Virus record (IMG/VR): IMGVR_UViG_3300040801_006072
Coordinates: 180 to 64,179 of that record
Length of the DNA: 64,000 nt
Strand: one strand, 5' to 3'
From: a virus
The position numbers and the translations under genes were made by a program. The notes beneath the pieces were generated by a model. It did no database searches. It was not told the DNA's origin and saw only the letters and a program-made list of their open reading frames with translations. Positions 36,427 to 45,175 of this stretch are shown piece by piece. Numbering within the stretch: position 1 is the stretch's first letter; the number at the start of each line of letters is the position of its first letter.

Positions 36427-37889
36427 GATATTTCTCCTAGCTGTCTTCCGACTAGCAGTTTAATTAGGTCTTGTGTGCTATCTGCGGATTTAGCACCTTT
36501 CTTCATGTTTTCTAATTCACCGAACAGTGATGCAAACGCCTGTAGTGTTTTCTTGTCGACTTCGTCTGTGTAGCCAAATTTTCTTTTGCTGTCGCCCACG
36601 TCAAGCTCGATGCTAAGATCAGCTTTGGTATCGTTATATTCTGACAAAAGATTTTCTAACTTGGTTTCGTATTGGTTGATTACACTGACCCAATATTGTT
36701 GTAACTCGGGGAAGTTAGTACCGTCTGCTAGATTATCTAGTATCTCTTCACGACTGTCGCCCTGCTTCCTAAGATGACGCTTGGCCTGTGTAGTACCTAG
36801 TTCAGGGTGACCAATGGCAGAAGATAAGCTGCCTAGAAGCTTACCTAAGAAACTCTCTACGGTGTTGACTGACCTAGGCTTTTCGCGAAGGTCGTTGCGC
36901 ACTTGCCATATAAAGTCTTTTGCTGTAGTAAACAGATCTTTGTCCACTACCTTGAACTGGTCGCCTGTTTTCTTGTGGCGGAATACTACGCCTTCAATCC
37001 AACCACCATCTTCGACTTCTGGGCCAAATTCGCTTTTGATTTGTCTAACCAAGCGATTAAGCAGAATTTCTTTGATGCGCAGCTTATAGCCATCTTTGCT
37101 TTCGCCGCCTATCATTTCATGCTGTATTTCTTCTCGCTTGGTTTTAAGCTGCTCTTTGACACTACGCCAGTTTTGGGGTTCTACGGAATCTGGTCTACGG
37201 TTTAAAGGTAGTGCCAAAACTTCTGCATTTGAAAACTTCCATACACCAGAAGGCTGTTTAAGATATGCTTCTAATTTATCGAGCTCTGCATGAATGCGAT
37301 CTTTTATCTCATCGTCTATCATGCTTTCACTGTCCCATGTGGGTGTCCTGCTAAAAGACCAGCGGTGTGTTTCTGGTGCAGTCTTGATTGTCTTTCCGTC
37401 AACAGTATAAGGTGCGTTTACACGAACTGTAACGATATCTCCGTCTAATGCTTTATGAAGATGGGCAATGTCTACGTCACCCTCAACTACTCGCAAAAGA
37501 ATAATCTCGTTCTCTTCGCTTGAGTAAGGTACTGCATTAGGTAGTGTACCAAACAGAACTTCAACTTCTATTCTGTCACCGCTTCTCATTCCGGCTTCTC
37601 GCATAACAGAAGCCTTTTGTTCTAGTGCAAGGTGAGCGGATCGCTGAAAGGTAGTAGAAAAATTAATGGGATAATCGTCAGCATTGTAAACTCGCTGTCC
37701 TCCCTTATCCTCACGAGTGGTGTAGAAGCCGTAGTCGTCAATGCCGAACTGTATATTGGCGCCATCTACTTTTTCAGATATCTCGTAATCTTCAAAGTTT
37801 CTCAGTGCATCTATAAACTGATCAACTGCGAGATCCTCGACGTGAGTAATGCCTTCGAATGTTGACTTACGTAGTTCGCCGAATTTCAT
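36423..37889 (-). CDS. putative ATP-grasp nucleotidyltransferase / RNA-ligase-like protein (MKFGEL N-terminus)
   Basis: Motif I-like SEKVDG, EVLFG, EGVVF and QFKVV. Confidence 0.6.
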   Translation of the reverse strand: MKFGELRKSTFEGITHVEDLAVDQFIDALRNFEDYEISEKVDGANIQFGIDDYGFYTTREDKGGQRVYNADDYPINFSTTFQRSAHLALEQKASVMREAGMRSGDRIEVEVLFGTLPNAVPYSSEENEIILLRVVEGDVDIAHLHKALDGDIVTVRVNAPYTVDGKTIKTAPETHRWSFSRTPTWDSESMIDDEIKDRIHAELDKLEAYLKQPSGVWKFSNAEVLALPLNRRPDSVEPQNWRSVKEQLKTKREEIQHEMIGGESKDGYKLRIKEILLNRLVRQIKSEFGPEVEDGGWIEGVVFRHKKTGDQFKVVDKDLFTTAKDFIWQVRNDLREKPRSVNTVESFLGKLLGSLSSAIGHPELGTTQAKRHLRKQGDSREEILDNLADGTNFPELQQYWVSVINQYETKLENLLSEYNDTKADLSIELDVGDSKRKFGYTDEVDKKTLQAFASLFGELENMKKGAKSADSTQDLIKLLVGRQLGEIS

Positions 37890-37904
37890 AGTTCGACCTA
37901 TGTG

Positions 37905-38531
37905 TTAGGATTTTCTTTTACGACCGAACATGTGTTCGTCGGTGTTTGATTCCTCTGCAGGCAAAAACTCTGCTGCAATCTGTCGGAAAACGTCTTTGAT
38001 CTGCTTATTGGTAATAGCAGTCTCATTTAGGATAGATTCGTCTAGGCCTTCTTCGCCCATGTATTTGAGAACTTGCTTTTGCAATCCTCTTTGCACAATT
38101 CCTCTAGCAAGCTTTGACACAATTTCGCTTTCGCCTTGAGAAGTAACACCGACTTGCTGGAAAGACTTTTTGATCTCTCGATCAGAGAATCCCATCTGTT
38201 GTAACAGACGAACAATCTCTTGTGTCCTTGATGGCTTACCTGAATTTTCCCAAACATCGAAAATGTCTTCGTAGCTGACTGTGCTCTTGCCTCGAACAGG
38301 ATCAACTACATTGCGTTTGATGTCTCGGCCTATTTCTCGAGCAGCACCTTTGGCACGATCGACTTGGTCTCGTGCTCGTTGCTTCAATGATTTTCCGATC
38401 TCTAGTGGTGCCTCATTAATGCCGGCAAGTTTCTTTAACCGTTCGGTCTCTTCAGTCTTGGCATTGCTATTGCGAATCTTAACAATCGTGTGAAAAATTT
38501 CTCGTATTGTCTCTGTGCTTAAATTAGACAT
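37905..38531 (-). CDS. hypothetical protein, possibly head-associated
   Basis: ERLKKLAGINE motif similar to those at 21756 and 56451. Confidence 0.6.
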   Translation of the reverse strand: MSNLSTETIREIFHTIVKIRNSNAKTEETERLKKLAGINEAPLEIGKSLKQRARDQVDRAKGAAREIGRDIKRNVVDPVRGKSTVSYEDIFDVWENSGKPSRTQEIVRLLQQMGFSDREIKKSFQQVGVTSQGESEIVSKLARGIVQRGLQKQVLKYMGEEGLDESILNETAITNKQIKDVFRQIAAEFLPAEESNTDEHMFGRKRKS

Positions 38532-38856
38532 GACGTTTGAGTTCCCTAGCAAGCTGTTCTTTTTGCTGATCTGTCAGCTTATCGTCAATTACACTTTTCA
38601 CTCTATCTAGTGCGGCGGCATCGACATCAGAAACACCGGTTGATTTATCCACTAGCAAATTTTGCAGTTTGGTTCTAACTTTATCCGGCAACACAAAATT
38701 ATACTCGTCCTTTAGAAAACCCGTCAAGAACTCGTATACATGCTGTCCTTGTGCCTGCTCTCCTGGTGTGTCCGGGGTAGCAATTCCGTTGCCCTTAGCA
38801 TACTGCAACCATGCTCCTACTAATTTCTCGACTCTAGGATCATTTTCAGGAATCAT
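38524..38856 (-). CDS. hypothetical protein
   Basis: 110-aa coupled ORF. Confidence 0.6.
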   Translation of the reverse strand: MIPENDPRVEKLVGAWLQYAKGNGIATPDTPGEQAQGQHVYEFLTGFLKDEYNFVLPDKVRTKLQNLLVDKSTGVSDVDAAALDRVKSVIDDKLTDQQKEQLARELKRHV

Positions 38857-39100
38857 CTTCTTTGTTCTCCTTGACCTTGCGAATCGATCTGCTGAAACGT
38901 CTTGGGTCTTGCCCTTTGATGCTGCTCAAGAATCTGCGCTTGAGCTGGTCTGCTTCCTCTTCTGAATAAGTCTCCTCGATCATTTCCAGTAGAAATATAG
39001 CAGACGAAATAACGTGGTGAGCTCTTGTCTCGATTAAGTCTTCTTTGTTCTTCTCGGGAACAAATGTACTGATCTCGTGTAAGATGCTTTTGCTAGACAC
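38846..39100 (-). CDS. hypothetical protein
   Basis: 84 aa; IETRAHHVISSAIFLLEMI...RRFLSSIKGQDPRRF. Confidence 0.7.
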   Translation of the reverse strand: MSSKSILHEISTFVPEKNKEDLIETRAHHVISSAIFLLEMIEETYSEEEADQLKRRFLSSIKGQDPRRFSRSIRKVKENKEDDS

Positions 39101-39138
39101 AATAATACCTTTCGGGCCGGTTTTCTGTATTTATCAGC

Positions 39139-40554
39139 TTATTCCATTCCTTTGAGAAGATTACGCAAGGCTGTTGCCTTATTTGCCGTATCTGCCGGCG
39201 TATCCTTCTCTTTATTAGGCGCTGTGGGCAGGCCGTTGCTAGGTTTCACCACGCTCTTTTGCTTGAGTGTGTCCATGATATTCTTTGTTGTAGCTTCAAC
39301 TGCGCCAGCATCGTCGTCGTCGAGATCACTTATGCGAAGTGTCTTTTGATTAAATGCTAAGTCGACCTTAGAACCTACACCTGAACTAGAACGTGTCTTC
39401 ATAAACTGTACTTGATAGCGCCCAGCTTCTTTCATCGCCATTGTTGAGAAAATTGCAATCACATTATCCGCAGTGTTCACCTTGGAAATACCTCCTGCAA
39501 TGTGACTGGCATCAAATTCTATTTCCTCAAACGATCCTCTGTTTAGCTGCGAAGCTGTAGCAAACAACACATCTAGGTCTGCTGCTAAGTTTCTAAATTC
39601 TTCCGAAACATACTTGTCCTTAATAAACTGGTCGCTTGGCGCCACTTTTACAGTGACTGGCCAACACAGGTCAAGATAGTCAACAAGGATCGCATCTGTC
39701 TTTATGCCTGTTTGCACTTCGTACTCTTTTACGTATGCTCGAATATCATTCACTGTGCTACCACTTGGCATGTACTTTAGTCGTACATTACCCTTGTGCT
39801 TTTTGTGGAAGCTCTTAACACGCATCGCAACGTCTTCGGAGTTTTTAAGTACTTCTCTAGTCTCGTATCCTGCTGTCATTGCGTCTAATCTCATGGCACA
39901 TAAGTTCTCACTAAGCTCAAGTGTTATGTAGACCACGTTTAGTCCTTCGATTGCCCAATTTATGGCTAAATTTTGCAGGAATAAGCTCTTCCCTGCTCCA
40001 GGTTGTCCCGCAAAGATTGTGATCTCTCCTCGGTTGAAACCACCATACAATTTCTTGTCTACATCGCGCCAGCCAGTGCTGAGCAGGCCGCTGTTATTCT
40101 TAATTGCCTCTAGTCGAGCTAGCGGATCTGCAAAGTAGTCTGTGCCTAGATCTTTAACCAGTCCAATCTGCACAGCTTCTTTAATCTTTGCTTCTACTTC
40201 GCCATATCTGCTTTCTTCTAGGAGATCTGGGGAACTAAGAATTGCTAGCTCTAGTGCTTTGTGTCGACAGAACTTCTCATAGGAATTCAAGAACCATTCT
40301 TTATGATTATCTGCAATTCCGGAGACTACTTCAATCTCTTTGCCAGCGACTGCCCTAATCTGCTCGATTGTCGGAAGTGCATTGTAGTCGTTTGAGTGAC
40401 TGCTCAGGAACTCAATAGTGCGCTTGTTAATTTCGCTGTTGAAATATTTTGAATCGGTAATGCCTTTGCATCTTACAAACAGTTCAGGATCACTTACCAT
40501 GAACTGTATAAAGAGATCTTCGATCTCTTTGGTATAATCTTTAATGTCTATCAT
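39139..40554 (-). CDS. replicative DnaB-like helicase (T4 gp41-like)
   Basis: Walker A AGQPGAGKS, ITLELSE, ILVDYLDL, TASQLNR and KTRSS. Confidence 0.93.
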   Translation of the reverse strand: MIDIKDYTKEIEDLFIQFMVSDPELFVRCKGITDSKYFNSEINKRTIEFLSSHSNDYNALPTIEQIRAVAGKEIEVVSGIADNHKEWFLNSYEKFCRHKALELAILSSPDLLEESRYGEVEAKIKEAVQIGLVKDLGTDYFADPLARLEAIKNNSGLLSTGWRDVDKKLYGGFNRGEITIFAGQPGAGKSLFLQNLAINWAIEGLNVVYITLELSENLCAMRLDAMTAGYETREVLKNSEDVAMRVKSFHKKHKGNVRLKYMPSGSTVNDIRAYVKEYEVQTGIKTDAILVDYLDLCWPVTVKVAPSDQFIKDKYVSEEFRNLAADLDVLFATASQLNRGSFEEIEFDASHIAGGISKVNTADNVIAIFSTMAMKEAGRYQVQFMKTRSSSGVGSKVDLAFNQKTLRISDLDDDDAGAVEATTKNIMDTLKQKSVVKPSNGLPTAPNKEKDTPADTANKATALRNLLKGME

Positions 40555-41572
40555 TCTTACTCATTTTCCATTTTAATTGTATTTTTGTCGGATTCCGTTC
40601 CGATGAGTCTATGATTGATCTTAGCGTTAATATTCTGCCATACTTTCTTGTTGCTTCTGCCGCATCTTTTATTCCATCACCCCATTCTGGAAAAGCAACT
40701 CGCCAACCCTCTTTGACTGCGATCTCAACCAGTGTGTCTCCTGCTTTGTCTCGGTCCGGACACACAATGACTTTCTTGCCTAGTGTTTTAATAATTTGTG
40801 CTTGCTCTGGATCCAAGGTATTGTGACAAGAACTTATGCCGTCGACGAAGTACGCATCAAACACACCTTCACACAGTATTACATATTCTCTTTCAAAGCC
40901 GTATTGATTGCTTAGATTATATATGTAATTTTCCGGCATACGGTTAAGATATTTGGGCACGCTCTTGTTAGGCGTTTTGCCAAAGTATCTACCAGTGTAT
41001 CCTACTATTTCACCGCGGAACCAAAACGGCAGCAACAGTCTTTTATTAAAGGTGTATTCTTTGTCTGGTGTCCAATACACATGTCGGAAATTAGTAAATC
41101 CCCTGTTCAATGCATAGTCAGCTACCTGTAGGAAATTAGGATCTGTGCATCCTTGGTCAGCCCAGTCTTGCAAGGTTCTAGAATCCTTAGGCAATGCCAT
41201 TGGTTTCCAGTTTTTAGTGATGATGCCACGAAGCTGAATGTCGTTGCTTGATTCTACTGCATTTTGTTCTTTGAACAATTCGAAGTTCAGTTTACGTATG
41301 TCGTACTGGCTAACTCCGATCTCTTTAAGGAATCGTATAAACTTCTTACTGAACGTTTGACCAGGTGACCAAACTGCATCATACCCGCAGTTGAAACAAT
41401 GGGCTGCTATTTTTCCGTCAGGAGAGAATAACACACCGAATCTGCCTCGGGTGTCTCTCGACTCACCACTCAGGTGGCACAACATACAGTTTCGTGTTAG
41501 CCAGCCTTTTCTAGATTTTTTGACTGGCCCGAGATGCTGTATGATCAGTTCTTGTAATAATTTTTGAACCAT
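40541..41572 (-). CDS. DNA primase (T4 gp61-like)
   Basis: Zn-binding CMLC...HCFNC; GYTGR; TOPRIM ILCEGVFDA and PDRDKAG. Confidence 0.9.
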   Translation of the reverse strand: MVQKLLQELIIQHLGPVKKSRKGWLTRNCMLCHLSGESRDTRGRFGVLFSPDGKIAAHCFNCGYDAVWSPGQTFSKKFIRFLKEIGVSQYDIRKLNFELFKEQNAVESSNDIQLRGIITKNWKPMALPKDSRTLQDWADQGCTDPNFLQVADYALNRGFTNFRHVYWTPDKEYTFNKRLLLPFWFRGEIVGYTGRYFGKTPNKSVPKYLNRMPENYIYNLSNQYGFEREYVILCEGVFDAYFVDGISSCHNTLDPEQAQIIKTLGKKVIVCPDRDKAGDTLVEIAVKEGWRVAFPEWGDGIKDAAEATRKYGRILTLRSIIDSSERNPTKIQLKWKMSKNDRH

Positions 41573-41580
41573 ACTGAGGT

Positions 41581-41610
41581 ATTATAGCACAGATACTCAG
41601 TATTTTACAA
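41581..41610 (-). promoter_or_regulatory. sigma70-type promoter (extended -10) upstream of primase
   Basis: TTGTAA-18 nt-TATAAT with TGn just before the -10 box. Confidence 0.6.
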
Positions 41611-41623
41611 GTCGAAAGACTCG

Positions 41624-42511
41624 TTAGCTTCTGAGTATAATCTTCTTAAGTGTGCCGGGTTCAACAACTTCCATTGAAGGTGTGTACCTGAACTTAAAGA
41701 ACATCACGTTAGCTTCAAACGAAAATGCTTGGGTCCCAAAGAATTCGATGAACTCGAGCATCTCCGATCCGGTCACTACCTGAATATTAAACCAATGGTC
41801 TGTTGTCGGATCGCTTTGTGGATTGATATCTAGTGTACCTAACAACTCTAGTGTTCCTGTGAATCTGTTGTCCTGGTCGGTATACACAGAAAAACTGTGA
41901 GTAGAGTTAGTATGGTTCTGTACTCTACCTGCAGGAATAGTGGAACTATAAAACTGACTGATGATAGGTGTATTTCCGTTTACCAGTGTTCTCTGTTCTG
42001 TCCAATCATCTTCCTCGATGATGAAACTAGGCCTAGGCACACGTTCTGCTTGGCCTGTAATTCTCACTGTGGTAACAATGTTGCTATCAGTATCAGTAAA
42101 TACCGGAGTAGTAAGTGACTCACCAATGCGCCCTGGTACAAAGTCCTTTTGTCCTACAATTACCAATTCATACAATCCTTGTGCAAGGTTTGCAATATCA
42201 CCTTCGTTCAAATCCAAAAATAGCATTCCGATTGCAGTGTTTGTTCTGCAAGGCTTTTCGAGCACTAGCTCACGATTTTCAGTATTAAACAATCTACCGT
42301 ACAATTGATAGGTGCAGATGTTTATTGGCTTACGGTCCGGATCAAACACACGGAATTTCAACGTATTATCCATGCCTTTGTGGACTTTAATTTCTCGACG
42401 GTTCATAGGCGCATTATCCGTATCGATGCAGGTGATCCTATCGTCGCACATGAGTAGACGTCGAACGTCGTCAAATAGATAGAGATCAGTCAGTGTTGTT
42501 TTCATGTACAT
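41624..42511 (-). CDS. hypothetical protein, possibly structural
   Basis: 295 aa; IKVHKGMDNTLKFRVFDPDRKP. Confidence 0.7.
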   Translation of the reverse strand: MYMKTTLTDLYLFDDVRRLLMCDDRITCIDTDNAPMNRREIKVHKGMDNTLKFRVFDPDRKPINICTYQLYGRLFNTENRELVLEKPCRTNTAIGMLFLDLNEGDIANLAQGLYELVIVGQKDFVPGRIGESLTTPVFTDTDSNIVTTVRITGQAERVPRPSFIIEEDDWTEQRTLVNGNTPIISQFYSSTIPAGRVQNHTNSTHSFSVYTDQDNRFTGTLELLGTLDINPQSDPTTDHWFNIQVVTGSEMLEFIEFFGTQAFSFEANVMFFKFRYTPSMEVVEPGTLKKIILRS

Positions 42512-42577
42512 ACAGCTATTTATCTGGATGTTACCAAGAATTCATAGGGGACGAATAGCTCCATAATAAATAGCTTT

Positions 42578-42946
42578 GTGGATATTACAGAAGTACAAGA
42601 AAAGTTCCCGTTCCTAACCGGTCTGAAATACCAAGATCGGGAATTCCTCTGCATCATACAAAATCATAGTGACAAGATCATGAGCTTCTATGATTTCAAT
42701 CAAATCTCCACATCAGCAGAAAAACAACTGTTTTTAGACTATGGCGATACATGGTGGTGGGAATCGAACAGACTTCTGCCTATCAATATCTTCCTAACAG
42801 GAAAAATGGCTCACTTCAGGTACTGCTTAAAAACAGTAGCAATGAAAGATGTAGAAATTCTGTTCGGTCCCACAACAAGTCTTAATAACCTAATGAAGAA
42901 AAGAATCAAAAAGCGTCAGATTCAACTCGTTAGGAAATCCGATTAA
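42578..42946 (+). CDS. hypothetical protein; the only convincing plus-strand gene
   Basis: EKFPFLTGL...YGDTWWWESNRLLPINIFL; fills an otherwise empty gap; ATAAATA on the plus strand just upstream. Confidence 0.75.
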   Translation: MDITEVQEKFPFLTGLKYQDREFLCIIQNHSDKIMSFYDFNQISTSAEKQLFLDYGDTWWWESNRLLPINIFLTGKMAHFRYCLKTVAMKDVEILFGPTTSLNNLMKKRIKKRQIQLVRKSD

Positions 42947-43626
42947 ATCTTCTTTCCTTTTAGCACATCCTTTAACACCAACTTATTATTTGTAGAATGA
43001 ACCAATACCGTGTTGTCCTTCTCACGGTAAGTTTTGATCTTATCTCCACGCATACCCGATCCTGCTAGATCTTTGCACATTGCTTTCTCTTCGCAGCGCC
43101 GAATTGACTCGTAATGTTCGCGAACACGCTCTTCTAACAAACGCCTAGCTTCGGTGCGATTATAGTGCTGGCACTTCTTTGCGCTTTTCGCTTCAATGCC
43201 CGTTGGCAAATGTCGCATGACGACACAGCTTTCAGTTTTGTTGCGATGTTGGCCGCCTGGGCCAGAATCTTTAGTTGTGAATGTTTCTATGTCACTATCA
43301 TGTAACTCGTAGTTCACAACATCTTGTTTCTTACGAGCAACCACAGTCACAGTAGAAGTGTGCACACGACCACGAGTTTCCGTAGGTGGGACTCTTTGCC
43401 AGCGATGGCCGCCGGATTCATTCAGTAAGGGTTGTAGGTTTTTCTCTTTACCAGAACAGCAAAGAGTAATGGAATTTCAGCCGCAGGCTGCTCGAGACTC
43501 AGCAATGGTCTCTACGTGAAGATTGTGCTTGGCACAGTAATTTTGATAAATCGATGCTTGCTTCTCTACTAATAGCTTTGCATCATCGCCGCCTTCGGCA
43601 GCTCTAATTTCAAGTAGTAATTTCAT
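42943..43626 (-). CDS. truncated RF1-type peptide chain release factor with an in-frame TGA at codon 50
   Basis: MKLLLEIRAAEGGDDAKLL...AACG*NSITLCCSG...NESGGHRWQRVPPTETRGRVHTS...SGPGGQHRNKTESCV. GGAGG RBS before the ATG at 43626; TGA at 43479-43477. Confidence 0.88.
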
Positions 43627-43643
43627 AGTTATTACCTCCGTAC

Positions 43644-43651
43644 TATTTATA
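43644..43651 (-). promoter_or_regulatory. T4-type late promoter upstream of the release factor gene
   Basis: Exact TATAAATA, 18 nt upstream of the ATG. Confidence 0.7.
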
Positions 43652-43936
43652 CTACGCGGACTCTAGGCCTAAGTCTAGCAATGCTTTCCTCGTTACATCT
43701 TCAAGTCTCATAATAGACAGAAAACATTCTACTGCATCTTCATAATCGCTAAACCAAGTTTCCATGCCGCTGTCGTCAAGGCCCCAGGCACACACCACAT
43801 ACTCTTTTGTAACTGGGCTTTGGTCTAAGGACACTTCGACATATTGGTCAAGATCAGAACACTTGATCGAAGGATACCAATCTTCGGACGTCCTCTTAAG
43901 ACAATTAAAAGTTTTCATATGCATTTGCCTGTTCAA
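43652..43936 (-). CDS. hypothetical protein
   Basis: ~90-aa ORF ending TAG. Confidence 0.6.
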   Translation of the reverse strand: MNRQMHMKTFNCLKRTSEDWYPSIKCSDLDQYVEVSLDQSPVTKEYVVCAWGLDDSGMETWFSDYEDAVECFLSIMRLEDVTRKALLDLGLESA

Positions 43937-44495
43937 GTAATAGATTCATTTGGACCACAATGCTGAGTGCATATGCAACAGAGTGGCTCTTTTTAAAATG
44001 GTACGATCCGTCGGCAGGTTTGTCCCACACGGTCTCGGAAATCACCTCCCATGGCTTATTTTGCAGGTGCGCTTTGGACGGGCGAATAATCGCAAGCAAC
44101 ATTGCTAACTGCTCGACGGATCGTGGTTTGTGAGCTTTCACCAAACGATAATAGTCGCCAATGTGAAATAGCTCTTTTACAATTTCTTCTACCTCTAGCA
44201 AAGTCCAATCTGGTTCTTTGCTTAGTAATTTGTCTAAGTGTGCTTCGTTGCGCACATCCTCGTAGATACTAACATTAAGACAATCAATTTTAAAATACCC
44301 CAACAGTTCGGCATCTTTGTAATCAATATTAGCTTGATTGGTAAATGGATCTTTCGGAATGTTCTGCAAATAGATTCCTGTTTTGTGCTTCTCCATTTCC
44401 TTGCGGCGCTGAATACTTGCGTCGGCAAAACGCAAACCCTGCAGAGCACGATCACGATCTGCAAAATCGATATCTACGTCTGCTTGAATTATCAT
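43905..44495 (-). CDS. minimal DnaE (C-family DNA polymerase) palm-like protein
   Basis: ADVDIDF (cf. DnaE PDFDVDF), KHKTGIYL, GYFKIDCL (cf. GLVKFDFL), LAIIRP and FKKSHSVAYA. Confidence 0.8.
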   Translation of the reverse strand: MIIQADVDIDFADRDRALQGLRFADASIQRRKEMEKHKTGIYLQNIPKDPFTNQANIDYKDAELLGYFKIDCLNVSIYEDVRNEAHLDKLLSKEPDWTLLEVEEIVKELFHIGDYYRLVKAHKPRSVEQLAMLLAIIRPSKAHLQNKPWEVISETVWDKPADGSYHFKKSHSVAYALSIVVQMNLLLEQANAYENF

Positions 44496-45175
44496 AGACC
44501 CGCCTCGTTAAGCACAGTTTTGATAAATTTTACATCTTCCTGATTTTTAGTGATCCTGCTTGTCCATATGCCTGGATTAATAATCGGCTCAATCATTGCG
44601 TATTGTTCCTCATTGAACCTATCCATCAGTCCATCGGCGCTAGGTGCAAGATACAAAACCCAGGGGCTAATCTTGCCTGTCTTTAAATAGTATACAGCTT
44701 CTTGTGTTGTTGCACTGCGGAAAAAGTCATTAAAATTGTTGCCCGATTCTTCTGCCCACTCTGTAAAAAATAGCATTGTTCTTTCCAACGCTCGCTCGGG
44801 TGGCTCTTTTTTCATAAGCTCGACAAGATATGTTTCGTAAACGTAATCCTTTTGCCAATCTTTCAACTTCACCGAATTCTTAATCACAAAGTCTACAAAG
44901 TTATCTGTGTTAATCGGATTCAGTTCTGCAAGGTGTCTGCCGAACTTAACAAAAGCAGTGTAGTATTGACTGTCGATAAAATCTTCAAACGACTTGGGAT
45001 TCTTCGCAGTAGTTGTTAACTCGAAGAATCGCTGAAAGACTCGGAACCCCAATCTACTGCCAATGCTGTCTCGGTCTGCATATCTCCTTTTCTTAGGGCA
45101 CATGTGAGAACTCAGGGTTTTCTCCTGAGCAAATGACTTTTTACAGAATTTACATTTGAAAGGTTTATTTGACAA
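44492..45175 (-). CDS. C2H2 Zn-finger-containing protein
   Basis: FKCKFCKKSFAQEKTLSSHMC. Confidence 0.75.
   Translation of the reverse strand: MSNKPFKCKFCKKSFAQEKTLSSHMCPKKRRYADRDSIGSRLGFRVFQRFFELTTTAKNPKSFEDFIDSQYYTAFVKFGRHLAELNPINTDNFVDFVIKNSVKLKDWQKDYVYETYLVELMKKEPPERALERTMLFFTEWAEESGNNFNDFFRSATTQEAVYYLKTGKISPWVLYLAPSADGLMDRFNEEQYAMIEPIINPGIWTSRITKNQEDVKFIKTVLNEAGL

Noticed and set aside
42943-43365. ORF-track 140-aa protein as a stand-alone ArfB-like rescue factor
   Set aside because: The frame continues upstream with RF1 homology through one TGA to an ATG with a GGAGG RBS and a late promoter. The track's GTG start falls inside the conserved GRVHTS motif.
43477-43479. Selenocysteine as the definite residue at the RF UGA
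   Set aside because: The aligned column is Tyr in RF1, there is no redox motif, and no sel genes are in the window. It is kept only as a minor alternative.
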